Origin: Candidatus Gottesmanbacteria bacterium RIFCSPHIGHO2_02_FULL_39_11
GTDB taxonomy: Bacteria > Patescibacteriota > Microgenomatia > 2-02-FULL-39-11
DNA: 35,232 bases
Reading direction: 5' to 3'
NCBI GenBank assembly: GCA_001779195.1
Contig: MFJL01000044.1
Span: 19,199 to 54,430 of the forward strand
Part shown: positions 1-8,763 of the stretch, piece after piece
Position numbering within the stretch: the stretch's first letter is position 1
Layout: every line of letters starts with the position of its first letter
Notes under the pieces: generated by a model
Database searches by the model: none
The model's input: only the letters and a program-made list of their open reading frames with translations
What the model was told of the DNA's origin: nothing
Made by a program: the position numbers and the translations under genes

Positions 1-2447
1 ATCTCCTCATTCCTCTGATTCAAAAAGGAAGATAAATCGAGGTGAGAGAGGTCAGATCTGTTAAAGCCTAATTCTTCCCCGACTTCAGCCAATAACTCGA
101 GGGCCAAACTGATATTTTTAGTAAAAGTAAATTTATATAATTCCCGCGCTTCAATAGATCTTTTGATAAACTTTAAAAGTTTTTCCCCGTCTGAATTTAT
201 TTTATGGAAACTACACGCTTTGGATATTTTGGTTATAACATGAGCATCTAATTTTCTACTGATTTGATCGATTCTCCCTGTGTCCGCCTTTTTATCTGAA
301 ATATGAATCATATCGGAATTTGAAACAAGATAAGATGCGTTTTTGCTGTACGGTAATTTAGTAATGTCAAAAGTTCCCGGCCTTAGATGGCCGTATTTCT
401 CAAGAAAACTCCCTATTTTGATTTGTTTCTTTCTAAGCTTAATAAAATCCATATCTAAATCTGTTGCAACGGTGGATATCGAAGACATAAAGAAATCAAA
501 TTCAACAGGGGAAATTATACCAAGATGTTTAAGGCTTCTAAGGAGAGCATTCCCGAAAAAAGCCATCCTGGCAGCTTGCGAAAACTGAAAAGTTCCTAAT
601 TTCCGGCAATCGTCAATTAACCGGTCAATAAAATACAATTTATCCCTCCAATTTTTCGCCAGTCTCAACTGCTTTCTGATCACGGTGTATTTTTGCCCAA
701 GCTCTTTTATATCCTTATCGTCCGTATCAAAAAAGTCGTCAGAGTGTATTAATACGTAATTGGTAAGTCTAAGTAAGGATTTTTTTAATAAATCAATCTC
801 TTTAGAACTGAATTTATCCATAAGCTCTCTTATTCTTTCTTCAAAATCAAACGTATAGCAATTGTACGCGATTTCAAATTCAATTTTGTCATGCAGCTGG
901 GGATTTTTTTTAAGCTTCTCATTATAAAACACTAAAAGTTTCTTTTTTAAATAACCAGGAATATCTTCAGGCAGAAGACTCAAAAATGAATAGCATGTAT
1001 TTATATACGGCTTGTTTCCGATGTTTACCATCAATCCTTCCGTTACTTTGGTGTATCCCAGAGGTACCAAAGCGCTGTTCCAGTTGGATTTCAGTATCAA
1101 ATAGTTGAGAAGCGAGTAATCTAAATAATTAGGTCTGTCTCCAATCAGCTCAGCCGGATTCCAAAAAGCCATATCGCTAAGAATAAGCTCTTTGGTCAAC
1201 ATGTTTTTTCCGTTTTTAATATCGGTATAACTTTTTCGGCATTCCGCGATGCTTTTCCTCACCAAGTCATCATCGATTGACAGGAATCTGGAGTTGGCCG
1301 CAAGGGGTCGGACCTGGAAGATAACAATCTGATTGTTCTTTTTAATTGCGAACTCAATATCGAGTGCAACACCGGAAAAAAATAGTTCTATTTCTTTGAT
1401 GACGGATATAAACTCCTGCCACTCCCGGTTTATTTCATGAAGAGGCAGATCACGCGCTATTTCCACTTTCTTATTCGCCATTCCCCCGGTTACTGCGTCT
1501 GTCTTCTTTCCCATTTCATCATAATTTATGAGGTAATAGGGCGTATTGGTCCCAAGATTTCGGGTAAATACAACCCCGCTTACCTTTACATCTCCGGTCT
1601 GCTCCTGCACCAAAATCTGATCCCTGTCCGAGAACCCTTCATTTTTTTTGTAGCTCTCAATTACCTCGGTAATACCGTCAGTAACTGCACTTCTGTTTTT
1701 TGAATGAATATCCAAAATACTTTTATAATGCCCTGCGTTGGAATATGCGACTGAATCCTCATTCAGACTTGAGCTTCTAATAACAATTTTTTTGTCTTTA
1801 AATAAATCGCTTATTTTATCCAGAATTCTTTCTTTATCTTTTTTCCAATCTGCCAGAATAAATACAAATTCCTTTTCAATTACCGCTTTCTTGAGCTGTG
1901 TTTTCAATTTTTTTAGCGTGTTTGCTTTTGTAGAAAAGTGCTTCTGCAATAAATCCATATTTCCTATTTTGATAGAGTTGAAGGAATAATCAGAAAGCTT
2001 TCTTTCTTCTATAAAAGAATTAAAAAACTTCTTGGCAATATTTTCCCGTGATAAATTCGGGAAGTATTTGTGGGGGACAATCTCTCCGCTGATTTGCTTA
2101 ATGACATCTGAACCGAGTATATCTCCCCACAGCAAATGACTTTGGACCAAAAGAATTTTTGCATTAGGATACTTCTTGTGAATAATTTTAAGATTTTCTG
2201 TAGGATCCATCGAATCCTGAATCATCACCTGATCTACATATAAGATTTTTTGTAGTACTGCTTTTCTTTCCTCACATGAACTGAGAAGCGGAGAGGTCCA
2301 TTTCTTTGCAACGTCATCGCTTATCACACCGCATATATGGAAATCGGCACTCTTTCTTGCTGTTTCCAGCATTTTCAAATGTCCATAATGCAGAAGATCT
2401 CCGATTAAAAAACTGTAAGCGATTTTTTTATTTCCCTTCTTGATCAT
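1..2447 (-). CDS. Fusion of N-terminal HxGH cytidylyltransferase and Cj1418-like L-glutamine kinase (PPDK-family ATP-grasp/PEP-utilising enzyme); 3'-partial
   Basis: Absent from the ORF track because no stop occurs before the window edge. ATG at 2447 overlaps the upstream TGA (ATGA). Manual translation: MIKKGNKKIAYSFLIGDLLHYGHLKML...ERKAVLQKILYVDQV (CTP_transf_like), then FSTKANTL...VIRSSSLNEDSVAYSNAGHYKS...LVQEQ...SGVVFTR...LDIEFA...IFQVRPL (PPDK nucleotide-binding domain), then DMAFWNPAELIGDRP...PQLHDKIEFEIAYNCY...IDDCRKLGT...KYGHLRPGTFDI...EARELYKFTFTK, matching the Cj1418 central domain as I recall it. The phospho-His domain would lie outside the window. Confidence 0.88.
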   Translation of the reverse strand, partial: MIKKGNKKIAYSFLIGDLLHYGHLKMLETARKSADFHICGVISDDVAKKWTSPLLSSCEERKAVLQKILYVDQVMIQDSMDPTENLKIIHKKYPNAKILLVQSHLLWGDILGSDVIKQISGEIVPHKYFPNLSRENIAKKFFNSFIEERKLSDYSFNSIKIGNMDLLQKHFSTKANTLKKLKTQLKKAVIEKEFVFILADWKKDKERILDKISDLFKDKKIVIRSSSLNEDSVAYSNAGHYKSILDIHSKNRSAVTDGITEVIESYKKNEGFSDRDQILVQEQTGDVKVSGVVFTRNLGTNTPYYLINYDEMGKKTDAVTGGMANKKVEIARDLPLHEINREWQEFISVIKEIELFFSGVALDIEFAIKKNNQIVIFQVRPLAANSRFLSIDDDLVRKSIAECRKSYTDIKNGKNMLTKELILSDMAFWNPAELIGDRPNYLDYSLLNYLILKSNWNSALVPLGYTKVTEGLMVNIGNKPYINTCYSFLSLLPEDIPGYLKKKLLVFYNEKLKKNPQLHDKIEFEIAYNCYTFDFEERIRELMDKFSSKEIDLLKKSLLRLTNYVLIHSDDFFDTDDKDIKELGQKYTVIRKQLRLAKNWRDKLYFIDRLIDDCRKLGTFQFSQAARMAFFGNALLRSLKHLGIISPVEFDFFMSSISTVATDLDMDFIKLRKKQIKIGSFLEKYGHLRPGTFDITKLPYSKNASYLVSNSDMIHISDKKADTGRIDQISRKLDAHVITKISKACSFHKINSDGEKLLKFIKRSIEARELYKFTFTKNISLALELLAEVGEELGFNRSDLSHLDLSSFLNQRNEE

Positions 2448-3193
2448 CTTTTATACTTTCTAAGAAACTTAAAGGTTGCGTACTTATTTTCTAGTTTTAA
2501 GTTGGAATAATAAAGAGAAAATATCAGATATAAAAATAGGAGCCGCAGCAAGATGAAAAAACCGAATATAATATAGGTGACGTGCAGTATATTAAAAAAT
2601 ATTCCTATAAGTAAATAATATTTGGCGGTAAAAAATACAGAATAAATAAGATTAGAGGGGATAAGCATATTTTTAAGAAAATTATCAGCGAACGATTTTC
2701 TGTATGTGAATAATTTATAAAGCTGCTCATTTCCTGCGGCAAAGTCTAGTCCAAATTCAGAGTTTAATTTCTGCCCCAGCATATTCGCCATCGACTGTCC
2801 CAATAATGGAAGCAAAGCCAAATACTTCCAGTTCTCACCGCTATACTGTATGAGGATATGAAGCGTAATGCTAAAAAGAATGATCATTTGAGTCAGGGGA
2901 TCAAAACCGTTTTCCATCCATTCACCTAACTTAGACTGCATATTTTTTTTCCTTGCTAATCCTCCGTCTAAAACATCAAAAAAAGTGTTGATTACGATAA
3001 TAAACAAGGCCAACATATTATTCCAAAATCCCCCAAGAAAAAATAAGTAAGCCAGAATCGGCGTAAAAATTATAAAATTCAAAAAAGTGATTTGATTTGG
3101 CGTGATAGTTGATTTTGACAGTACCGTAACGAATGGATCCGCTACTATCCTGAATACGGCTATCATAAAATCGTTTGTTCTTCGTTTTTTCAT
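2444..3193 (-). CDS. CDP-alcohol phosphatidyltransferase family membrane protein
   Basis: ITPNQIT helix; motif DVLDGGLAR-x8-GEWMENGFD (canonical DxxDGxxAR...GxxxDxxxD with one Asp replaced by Glu); multiple TM segments. Confidence 0.85.
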   Translation of the reverse strand: MKKRRTNDFMIAVFRIVADPFVTVLSKSTITPNQITFLNFIIFTPILAYLFFLGGFWNNMLALFIIVINTFFDVLDGGLARKKNMQSKLGEWMENGFDPLTQMIILFSITLHILIQYSGENWKYLALLPLLGQSMANMLGQKLNSEFGLDFAAGNEQLYKLFTYRKSFADNFLKNMLIPSNLIYSVFFTAKYYLLIGIFFNILHVTYIIFGFFILLRLLFLYLIFSLYYSNLKLENKYATFKFLRKYKR

Positions 3194-3197
3194 ATCG

Positions 3198-3932
3198 TTA
3201 TGATTTGTCCGCTTTTATCCAGATAAAAGCCGAGAAATTTTTTATTAGGGGAGTTTTGACCAATAATTTGTTCAGAGATATAATCGGAGGAATAATAGTA
3301 CCGACCCGGGATGGAATAACGGCATATCTTTCCAGGATAATATTTTTGAAGCCGCTAAGATGAAGTAAATTCTTCAGTTTTTTCGGAGTGCTGTTTAAAA
3401 ACTCCTTCTCCACTTCCCATCTGCCTGTATCTGTTCCGGTTATTTCCTTAAGTAAATACCAGGGATAGTATAAAAGACAAAAGGGGTTTGGCTCAATAAT
3501 TGCAATCTTACCTCCTCTTTTTAATGCAGAATGGATATTCTTCATAATCAAAAGCTTGGTATCAGGATTCAGATGATGAATTATATTGCAGCAAATTGCG
3601 ATATCAAATTTATTTCTGAATTCCGGTTTTTCCAAACTGGTTTTCTTCAGTGTCAAGTTTTTTATTAAATTTTCTTTTCTTGCTATATGTGCAATCTCCG
3701 TTATATTTTTTTCCGCTATCTCGGTACCCGTCACTTCGTACCCTTTTTTCAGTAGAGGGATGGTCAGCCTCCCTCCGCCGCATCCCACATCCAGTATTTT
3801 TGTTTTTCCGAGCAAATTAATAAAATTAAAAAAGTTTTCAAGCTCTATTATTGCTGGCACAGTCATTTTTGTACGGGCTATATCATATGCTTCCTTATTC
3901 CAATATTTTTCCTGCCTGGTATTATGATTCAT
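3198..3932 (-). CDS. Class I SAM-dependent methyltransferase
   Basis: KILDVGCGGGR motif I; FDIAICCNIIHHL; LKRGGKIAIIEPN. Confidence 0.9.
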   Translation of the reverse strand: MNHNTRQEKYWNKEAYDIARTKMTVPAIIELENFFNFINLLGKTKILDVGCGGGRLTIPLLKKGYEVTGTEIAEKNITEIAHIARKENLIKNLTLKKTSLEKPEFRNKFDIAICCNIIHHLNPDTKLLIMKNIHSALKRGGKIAIIEPNPFCLLYYPWYLLKEITGTDTGRWEVEKEFLNSTPKKLKNLLHLSGFKNIILERYAVIPSRVGTIIPPIISLNKLLVKTPLIKNFSAFIWIKADKS

Positions 3933-3977
3933 AAGAGAATTTTTTTAAAAATCCTTTCTTTAAAATTTATTAAAATT

Positions 3978-5117
3978 TCAGTAGCAATTTACAATAGCCG
4001 TTACATTTTTTTCGCTGAATTTTTTCAATGCATACAGTCTAGATGATTTTGTCATCTGATTGAGTAAAACTTTGTCATGATACAGCTTTTTAATTGCATT
4101 ACCAATTTCAACCGGTTCAGGATTAACCAAAAATCCAACAGATTTATCCATAAGGGAAGGAATCGCTCCCAAGTTTGAACCTATTACAGGAGTTCCGCAC
4201 GCAAAAGATTCTACAACAGTTCGTGCGGCATTTTCAGAATACCGGGACGGGATAACAAACACATCTGCCGCGGCATAATATTCCCGTAATTTTTCATACT
4301 CCATCCCTTCGATAAACAGTATATTCCTGCTATTTTTACTCTCGTTTCTTAAAACATCAACCATCGGCCCGTCCCTGGAAATAAAAACAAAAGTGATATC
4401 CATTTTTTGCAGCCTTTTTGATGCGTCTATCACTATATCGGCTCCTTTTATTTTTATAGCTCGTGCAACAAACAAAACGATAAAATTGGACGGAAGATTC
4501 AAATTCCTTTTTGCCAGCTTTTTATTTAACGGTTTAAACATATCCAGATCGACCCATTCTACAAAGGTAGTTATCTTATTTTCCGGAATGCCGATTCCCA
4601 CTAATTCTTTTTTAGACGCCTCACTTTCGGCGATTACGTGGTCTGCGCGGGAAAGTGTCCATGAAACCACTCTCGCAAAAAGGGAGCCGGGCTGAAAATC
4701 ATACAGAGACATAATACTTGCTACCGCACGCTTCCTGAATAAATATCTGAAGATAACGGCGATGAAAGAACTATTAAGCCCCTGTGCATCAATAACATCA
4801 ATTTTCTTATGATTCCACAGCATCCACCAGAAAGAACGGATGAATAAATAAGGAGTTATATAGGCAAACAGAAACAGAGGATATTTTTCAAGCTTGTGAA
4901 ACCAATTATCTCCTATCCACTGGAAACGCCGTATTTCCAGATTTTTTCCTTTTTCTAAGGATTCTCCTTTTTGATTGCCGGAAATGGGCTGGTAGGTCAA
5001 AACATAGACGAAATAGTTTCGCTTTCTGAGTGCCTCCGTCAGCTCATTGGCGTATGTTTCTGCGCCTCCTACATTCGGCCTGAAAACAAATGTTAGAATT
5101 AAAACTTTTTTAATCAC
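3978..5117 (-). CDS. Glycosyltransferase family 4 (GT-B)
   Basis: FRPNVGGAE N-terminus; ADVFVIPSRYSENAARTVVESFACGTPVIGS (Ex7E). Start moved to GTG 5117, which overlaps the upstream TGA (GTGA); the ORF-track extension to 5216 lies inside the upstream gene. Confidence 0.88.
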   Translation of the reverse strand: MIKKVLILTFVFRPNVGGAETYANELTEALRKRNYFVYVLTYQPISGNQKGESLEKGKNLEIRRFQWIGDNWFHKLEKYPLFLFAYITPYLFIRSFWWMLWNHKKIDVIDAQGLNSSFIAVIFRYLFRKRAVASIMSLYDFQPGSLFARVVSWTLSRADHVIAESEASKKELVGIGIPENKITTFVEWVDLDMFKPLNKKLAKRNLNLPSNFIVLFVARAIKIKGADIVIDASKRLQKMDITFVFISRDGPMVDVLRNESKNSRNILFIEGMEYEKLREYYAAADVFVIPSRYSENAARTVVESFACGTPVIGSNLGAIPSLMDKSVGFLVNPEPVEIGNAIKKLYHDKVLLNQMTKSSRLYALKKFSEKNVTAIVNCY

Positions 5118-7681
5118 AGTAAGCGAGAAGATTTCAACTTTATAAGATAAACCGATGCAATAATCAGTGTAAGAATCGAAACGGCAGTGCCGCCATAGAC
5201 TAGCCGTTGAGGCCAATATTCTATGACTAATTCAATTTCATAACTCCCGTCTGAGTTTTTTAGACACAGATTTGATGTTTTTGGATTCTTTTTCTGTGAA
5301 CATAGATCATTAGGATCAATTATCCAGCTATTGGCAAAACCATTTACTTTCAGATGATTCTTCTCATCTAATAATTTTCTAAACCATGTTTCCAATAAGA
5401 ATCCGTCGGGTAAATTATTATTTTGTATTGTATACTGAAAATTCTTGGATATAAAGTCAATCCTATTTTTGCTGCCCTCTAAAGCAGATACCCATCCTTT
5501 GTCCAGAAAACCTTCCAGCTCATTCTTATTTGCCTGATCTTCAAGATTTCTTTCTTCAGGTTTATAATTTTCCAGATTTATTTTTGGATTTTGGATTTTG
5601 TCCGCCGGTTGGCGGATTGGATTTACTATGTATGCTTTCCATCCGTTATCATAAGACTCAGAAAAAATAAGAGGGAAAACACTCTTTGCCTGATGAACTC
5701 TTATTCTTAATTTGGTTGGGTTAACTGACTTATATTCTAATATCGGCTGTTCGGCAAACTCTTCCGGAAGGATTTCCTTTTTTTCTTTTCCTGAATTATC
5801 TTTGGAAAAATAAATAGCGGATGAAACTCCATAATCCAGCTGCGAAGCCACCTGGAGCAAATGATCAGACGTCTCTTCAGAAAAGAAAATTTTCTTCGGT
5901 GTATATATATAGGGAACAGAAAGAGAGGGATCAATTTTATAAAATTTAAGATAGCTTAATTCCTTCACACGTTTTATTTTATGATCATCCGTCTGCGTTT
6001 CAATTTTTTTAAGGCTGGAGTAGAGGAAAGAATTGCTGTCCCTGCTGCTATCGGTTACTATATAGCTGATGTTGAAAAGTGGAAAAACTTTTAACAATAC
6101 ATTGAGATCATCATACGTATAATCCGTTAAGCCGAAGGGAAGAGTTACCATGGTGGGATAGTTGAAAATCCTTGAAAGCATAAAATCAGTACCGTATCCC
6201 CAAAAATGACTTGTTCCCTTACTTCCGTCAGGAGTGAATGGAAAAAGAATTATTCTGCCTGATTTTTTTTCTTTCTGAAGCCAATCTCCGGCAATAAAGT
6301 AATCTTCAGGAATTTTTATATGCTTCGATTTTAAAATTCCCCTTTCGCCTTGTATTATGTCTCCTGTCCAAAATGGTAACGCATTGATTATAAAAAAGAT
6401 AATAAAGACTAAGAAAAGAAAAAATATGCTTACTATCTTCCCGCCTTTATTTTCAACCTTGATATACATATGGGAAATAGTCCACCCGAAAAGAATGGAA
6501 TATCCAAATACAAGAACGGTTCCGAATTTTTCGTACTGTGAGCGAAACATGCTAAATCCGGGAATGGAGAAAAAAAGCCATCTATTGAATTGTCCAAACG
6601 GCTCATGAACGCCTTTTACAAGAAAAAGTGCCATTAATGAAAGAAAAGAAAAAAAAAGCAGGAGACCTTTTATTTTTCTCTCTATTTTCTTCATAAAAAA
6701 AGAAATAAAGAGTATTAAGGGAACCGTCAGAGATATAAGTTCTAAAGGAACAGAAAGGTATTTCTGGAAAACCCCCGGGTAGTAAGGGTCTCCTTGCCAT
6801 TGGTCTTTCAGTGCCCAAAACCCCATGAGTCTAAAAATATTAAAAAAACTTGTATCCAGACTATTTACTTCTGTTGTTTCACCAAAGCTTTTAATACCGG
6901 AGGTGACTTTAAAAGTGTCTTTATACTCTCGGCTTATATCATGTATATAAGGGAATACAAGCCAAGCGTTTAAAAAAACAACAAGCAAAATGAATTGAAA
7001 AGTAAATAATAGGGAGTGTTTGAATTTATTTCTGTCCCAGTATAATAAATTATGAAAAATAAAATAGAAAAAAAGGACAATAAATATCAACAATGGATAG
7101 GTAGGAGTAGTAGATGAAGGAGCTACAAGGAAAAAAGTGATAGCTCCGGCAAAAGCATATAATAATCCCTTACGAGATTCCAAACCTTTCATATAGAACA
7201 ACAGACTAAGAGGCAGGAAAATATATGCAAACATAGACTGAAGCTGGTTTGGCCATTTGAAAAAGAGAGTATACGTATTAAACATGTAAAAAAGTGATGC
7301 AACAAAAGCAGCAAGATCATGCGTTTTGCTGCTACGAAAAGCATACCTAACCAGAAAAAACATGGTCAGTCCGGAAATGGACAGGATAAGGTAAAAAAAT
7401 ATTTTTTCCAGCGTAAAAAGAGATAAACCTACCATACTTCCAAATGCAACTAATAATTCATAGGGGAAAACCTCTGCTATACCTTTGGACGGTATTCCCA
7501 GTCCGTTTCCTACAAATCGGTCCCAGACGTATAAATCGTTTACCAATTCATTCACGGGGCGGAAAGGAGGTTTAAAATCTCCAGCATAAATCAGATGGTC
7601 TTTTTTAAACCATAAAAAAGTTACACAAGCCAATAATAAAATAGCAGATATAAAGAAAACCGGGATTAATTTTTTTCTCAT
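5114..7681 (-). CDS. Large multi-TM membrane protein, GT-C-like (AftD/YfhO-type) with extracellular C-terminal domain
   Basis: About 12 hydrophobic segments in the N-terminal ~440 aa (AGDF, SLFYMFN, FRLMGFW, MFRSQYEKF), LIFSESYDNGWKAY and HLKVNGFANSW motifs typical of YfhO-like C-termini, final TM helix. Confidence 0.65.
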   Translation of the reverse strand: MRKKLIPVFFISAILLLACVTFLWFKKDHLIYAGDFKPPFRPVNELVNDLYVWDRFVGNGLGIPSKGIAEVFPYELLVAFGSMVGLSLFTLEKIFFYLILSISGLTMFFLVRYAFRSSKTHDLAAFVASLFYMFNTYTLFFKWPNQLQSMFAYIFLPLSLLFYMKGLESRKGLLYAFAGAITFFLVAPSSTTPTYPLLIFIVLFFYFIFHNLLYWDRNKFKHSLLFTFQFILLVVFLNAWLVFPYIHDISREYKDTFKVTSGIKSFGETTEVNSLDTSFFNIFRLMGFWALKDQWQGDPYYPGVFQKYLSVPLELISLTVPLILFISFFMKKIERKIKGLLLFFSFLSLMALFLVKGVHEPFGQFNRWLFFSIPGFSMFRSQYEKFGTVLVFGYSILFGWTISHMYIKVENKGGKIVSIFFLFLVFIIFFIINALPFWTGDIIQGERGILKSKHIKIPEDYFIAGDWLQKEKKSGRIILFPFTPDGSKGTSHFWGYGTDFMLSRIFNYPTMVTLPFGLTDYTYDDLNVLLKVFPLFNISYIVTDSSRDSNSFLYSSLKKIETQTDDHKIKRVKELSYLKFYKIDPSLSVPYIYTPKKIFFSEETSDHLLQVASQLDYGVSSAIYFSKDNSGKEKKEILPEEFAEQPILEYKSVNPTKLRIRVHQAKSVFPLIFSESYDNGWKAYIVNPIRQPADKIQNPKINLENYKPEERNLEDQANKNELEGFLDKGWVSALEGSKNRIDFISKNFQYTIQNNNLPDGFLLETWFRKLLDEKNHLKVNGFANSWIIDPNDLCSQKKNPKTSNLCLKNSDGSYEIELVIEYWPQRLVYGGTAVSILTLIIASVYLIKLKSSRLL
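5582..5624. repeat. TTTTGGA heptamer repeats with embedded palindrome TCCGCC-GGTT-GGCGGA (5601-5616), in frame within a CDS
   Basis: Sequence ttttgga ttttgga ttttg tccgccggttggcgga ttggattt; encodes NPIRQPADKIQNPK on the minus strand. Confidence 0.6.
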
Positions 7682-8763
7682 AAAAGTTTTATTTCTTCAA
7701 GTTTATCCAGAATCGTTTTTCCCGCTAAGCCGTTCCCAAACGGGTGTTTCCAGGTCTTTTTCTTTTTCAGCATCTTATCTACCGAATCAAGAATACCATT
7801 CGGAGAGACGCCTGCTAATATATTGCCTCCTGCTTCTATCGTTTCCGGCCTTTCCGTATTATTCCTTAACGTAACACAGGGAATCTGGAGAATACAGCTT
7901 TCTTCTTGTATGCCTCCGGAATCAGTCAGAATAAGCTTGGCATTAACCTCCAAAGTCAGAAAATCCAAATATCCGACGGGATTAATCATTCGAATTGCTG
8001 AATCAACGGTCAATTTGAATTCCTGTATTTTTTTTCGTGTTCTTGGATGGATGGGACAAACAGCAGGAAAATTATACTTTTTAGCGACTAATTTCAAACC
8101 ACTCAATATACCTATTAGCCTTTTTTTATCATTTGCATTTTCCTCCCGATGGACTGTGACTAAAAAATATTTCGTTTTTGCTAATCCGTAATTTTCCAAT
8201 ATTTTTGATCTCTTTTTCGCCAGAATAAGATTCTGATAAACAGCATCAACCACAGTATTTCCTGTAACATAAATTTTGTTTTGTGGTATACCCTCATCTA
8301 ACAAGATACTTCTTGCTTTATCAGTAGGCGCAAATAAAAAATCGGAAATATGATCTGTAATAATTCTATTTATTTCTTCCGGCATTCGCCTAGAATAAGA
8401 ACGCAGTCCTGCTTCGATATGAGCGACTTTAATGTGAAGTTTTGAAGCAGCAAGAGCTCCTGCCAGAACAGTGTTGGTGTCGCCTTCAACAACAGCAACA
8501 TCCGGCGCTTCTCTTAAAAGTACTTCCTCTATTCCGATCAGGAGCTTTGCAGTCTGAATAGCATGTGTAGCGGAGCCTACTTTTAAATTGTATCGCGGTT
8601 GAGGGAGCTTCAGCTCTTCAAAAAAAACTTTATCAAGATTTGCAGAATAATGCTGGTTGGTATGTAAAATAAAAAAGTCGGTTTTACGCTTCTCACACTC
8701 CCGAATAAGGGAACTCATTTTTATAATCTCGGGTCTGGTACCAAGAATAATGCAGATTTTCAT
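7678..8763 (-). CDS. wecB: UDP-N-acetylglucosamine 2-epimerase (non-hydrolysing)
   Basis: GTRPEIIK, HTNQHY, VEGDTNT, HIEAGLRS, MPEEINR, TDSGGIQEE, TERPE motifs. Confidence 0.95.
   Translation of the reverse strand: MKICIILGTRPEIIKMSSLIRECEKRKTDFFILHTNQHYSANLDKVFFEELKLPQPRYNLKVGSATHAIQTAKLLIGIEEVLLREAPDVAVVEGDTNTVLAGALAASKLHIKVAHIEAGLRSYSRRMPEEINRIITDHISDFLFAPTDKARSILLDEGIPQNKIYVTGNTVVDAVYQNLILAKKRSKILENYGLAKTKYFLVTVHREENANDKKRLIGILSGLKLVAKKYNFPAVCPIHPRTRKKIQEFKLTVDSAIRMINPVGYLDFLTLEVNAKLILTDSGGIQEESCILQIPCVTLRNNTERPETIEAGGNILAGVSPNGILDSVDKMLKKKKTWKHPFGNGLAGKTILDKLEEIKLL

Noticed and set aside
343-1989. Plus-strand ORFs 343-588, 1437-1703 and 1738-1989
   Set aside because: They are antisense shadows of the long minus-strand kinase-fusion frame and have no motifs.
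1-2000. Reading the large gene as a metabolic PEP synthase or pyruvate phosphate dikinase
   Set aside because: Only the ATP-grasp part is shared; the central WNPAE.IG / HDKIEF / GHLRPGT domain and the glycan context fit the Cj1418-like family.
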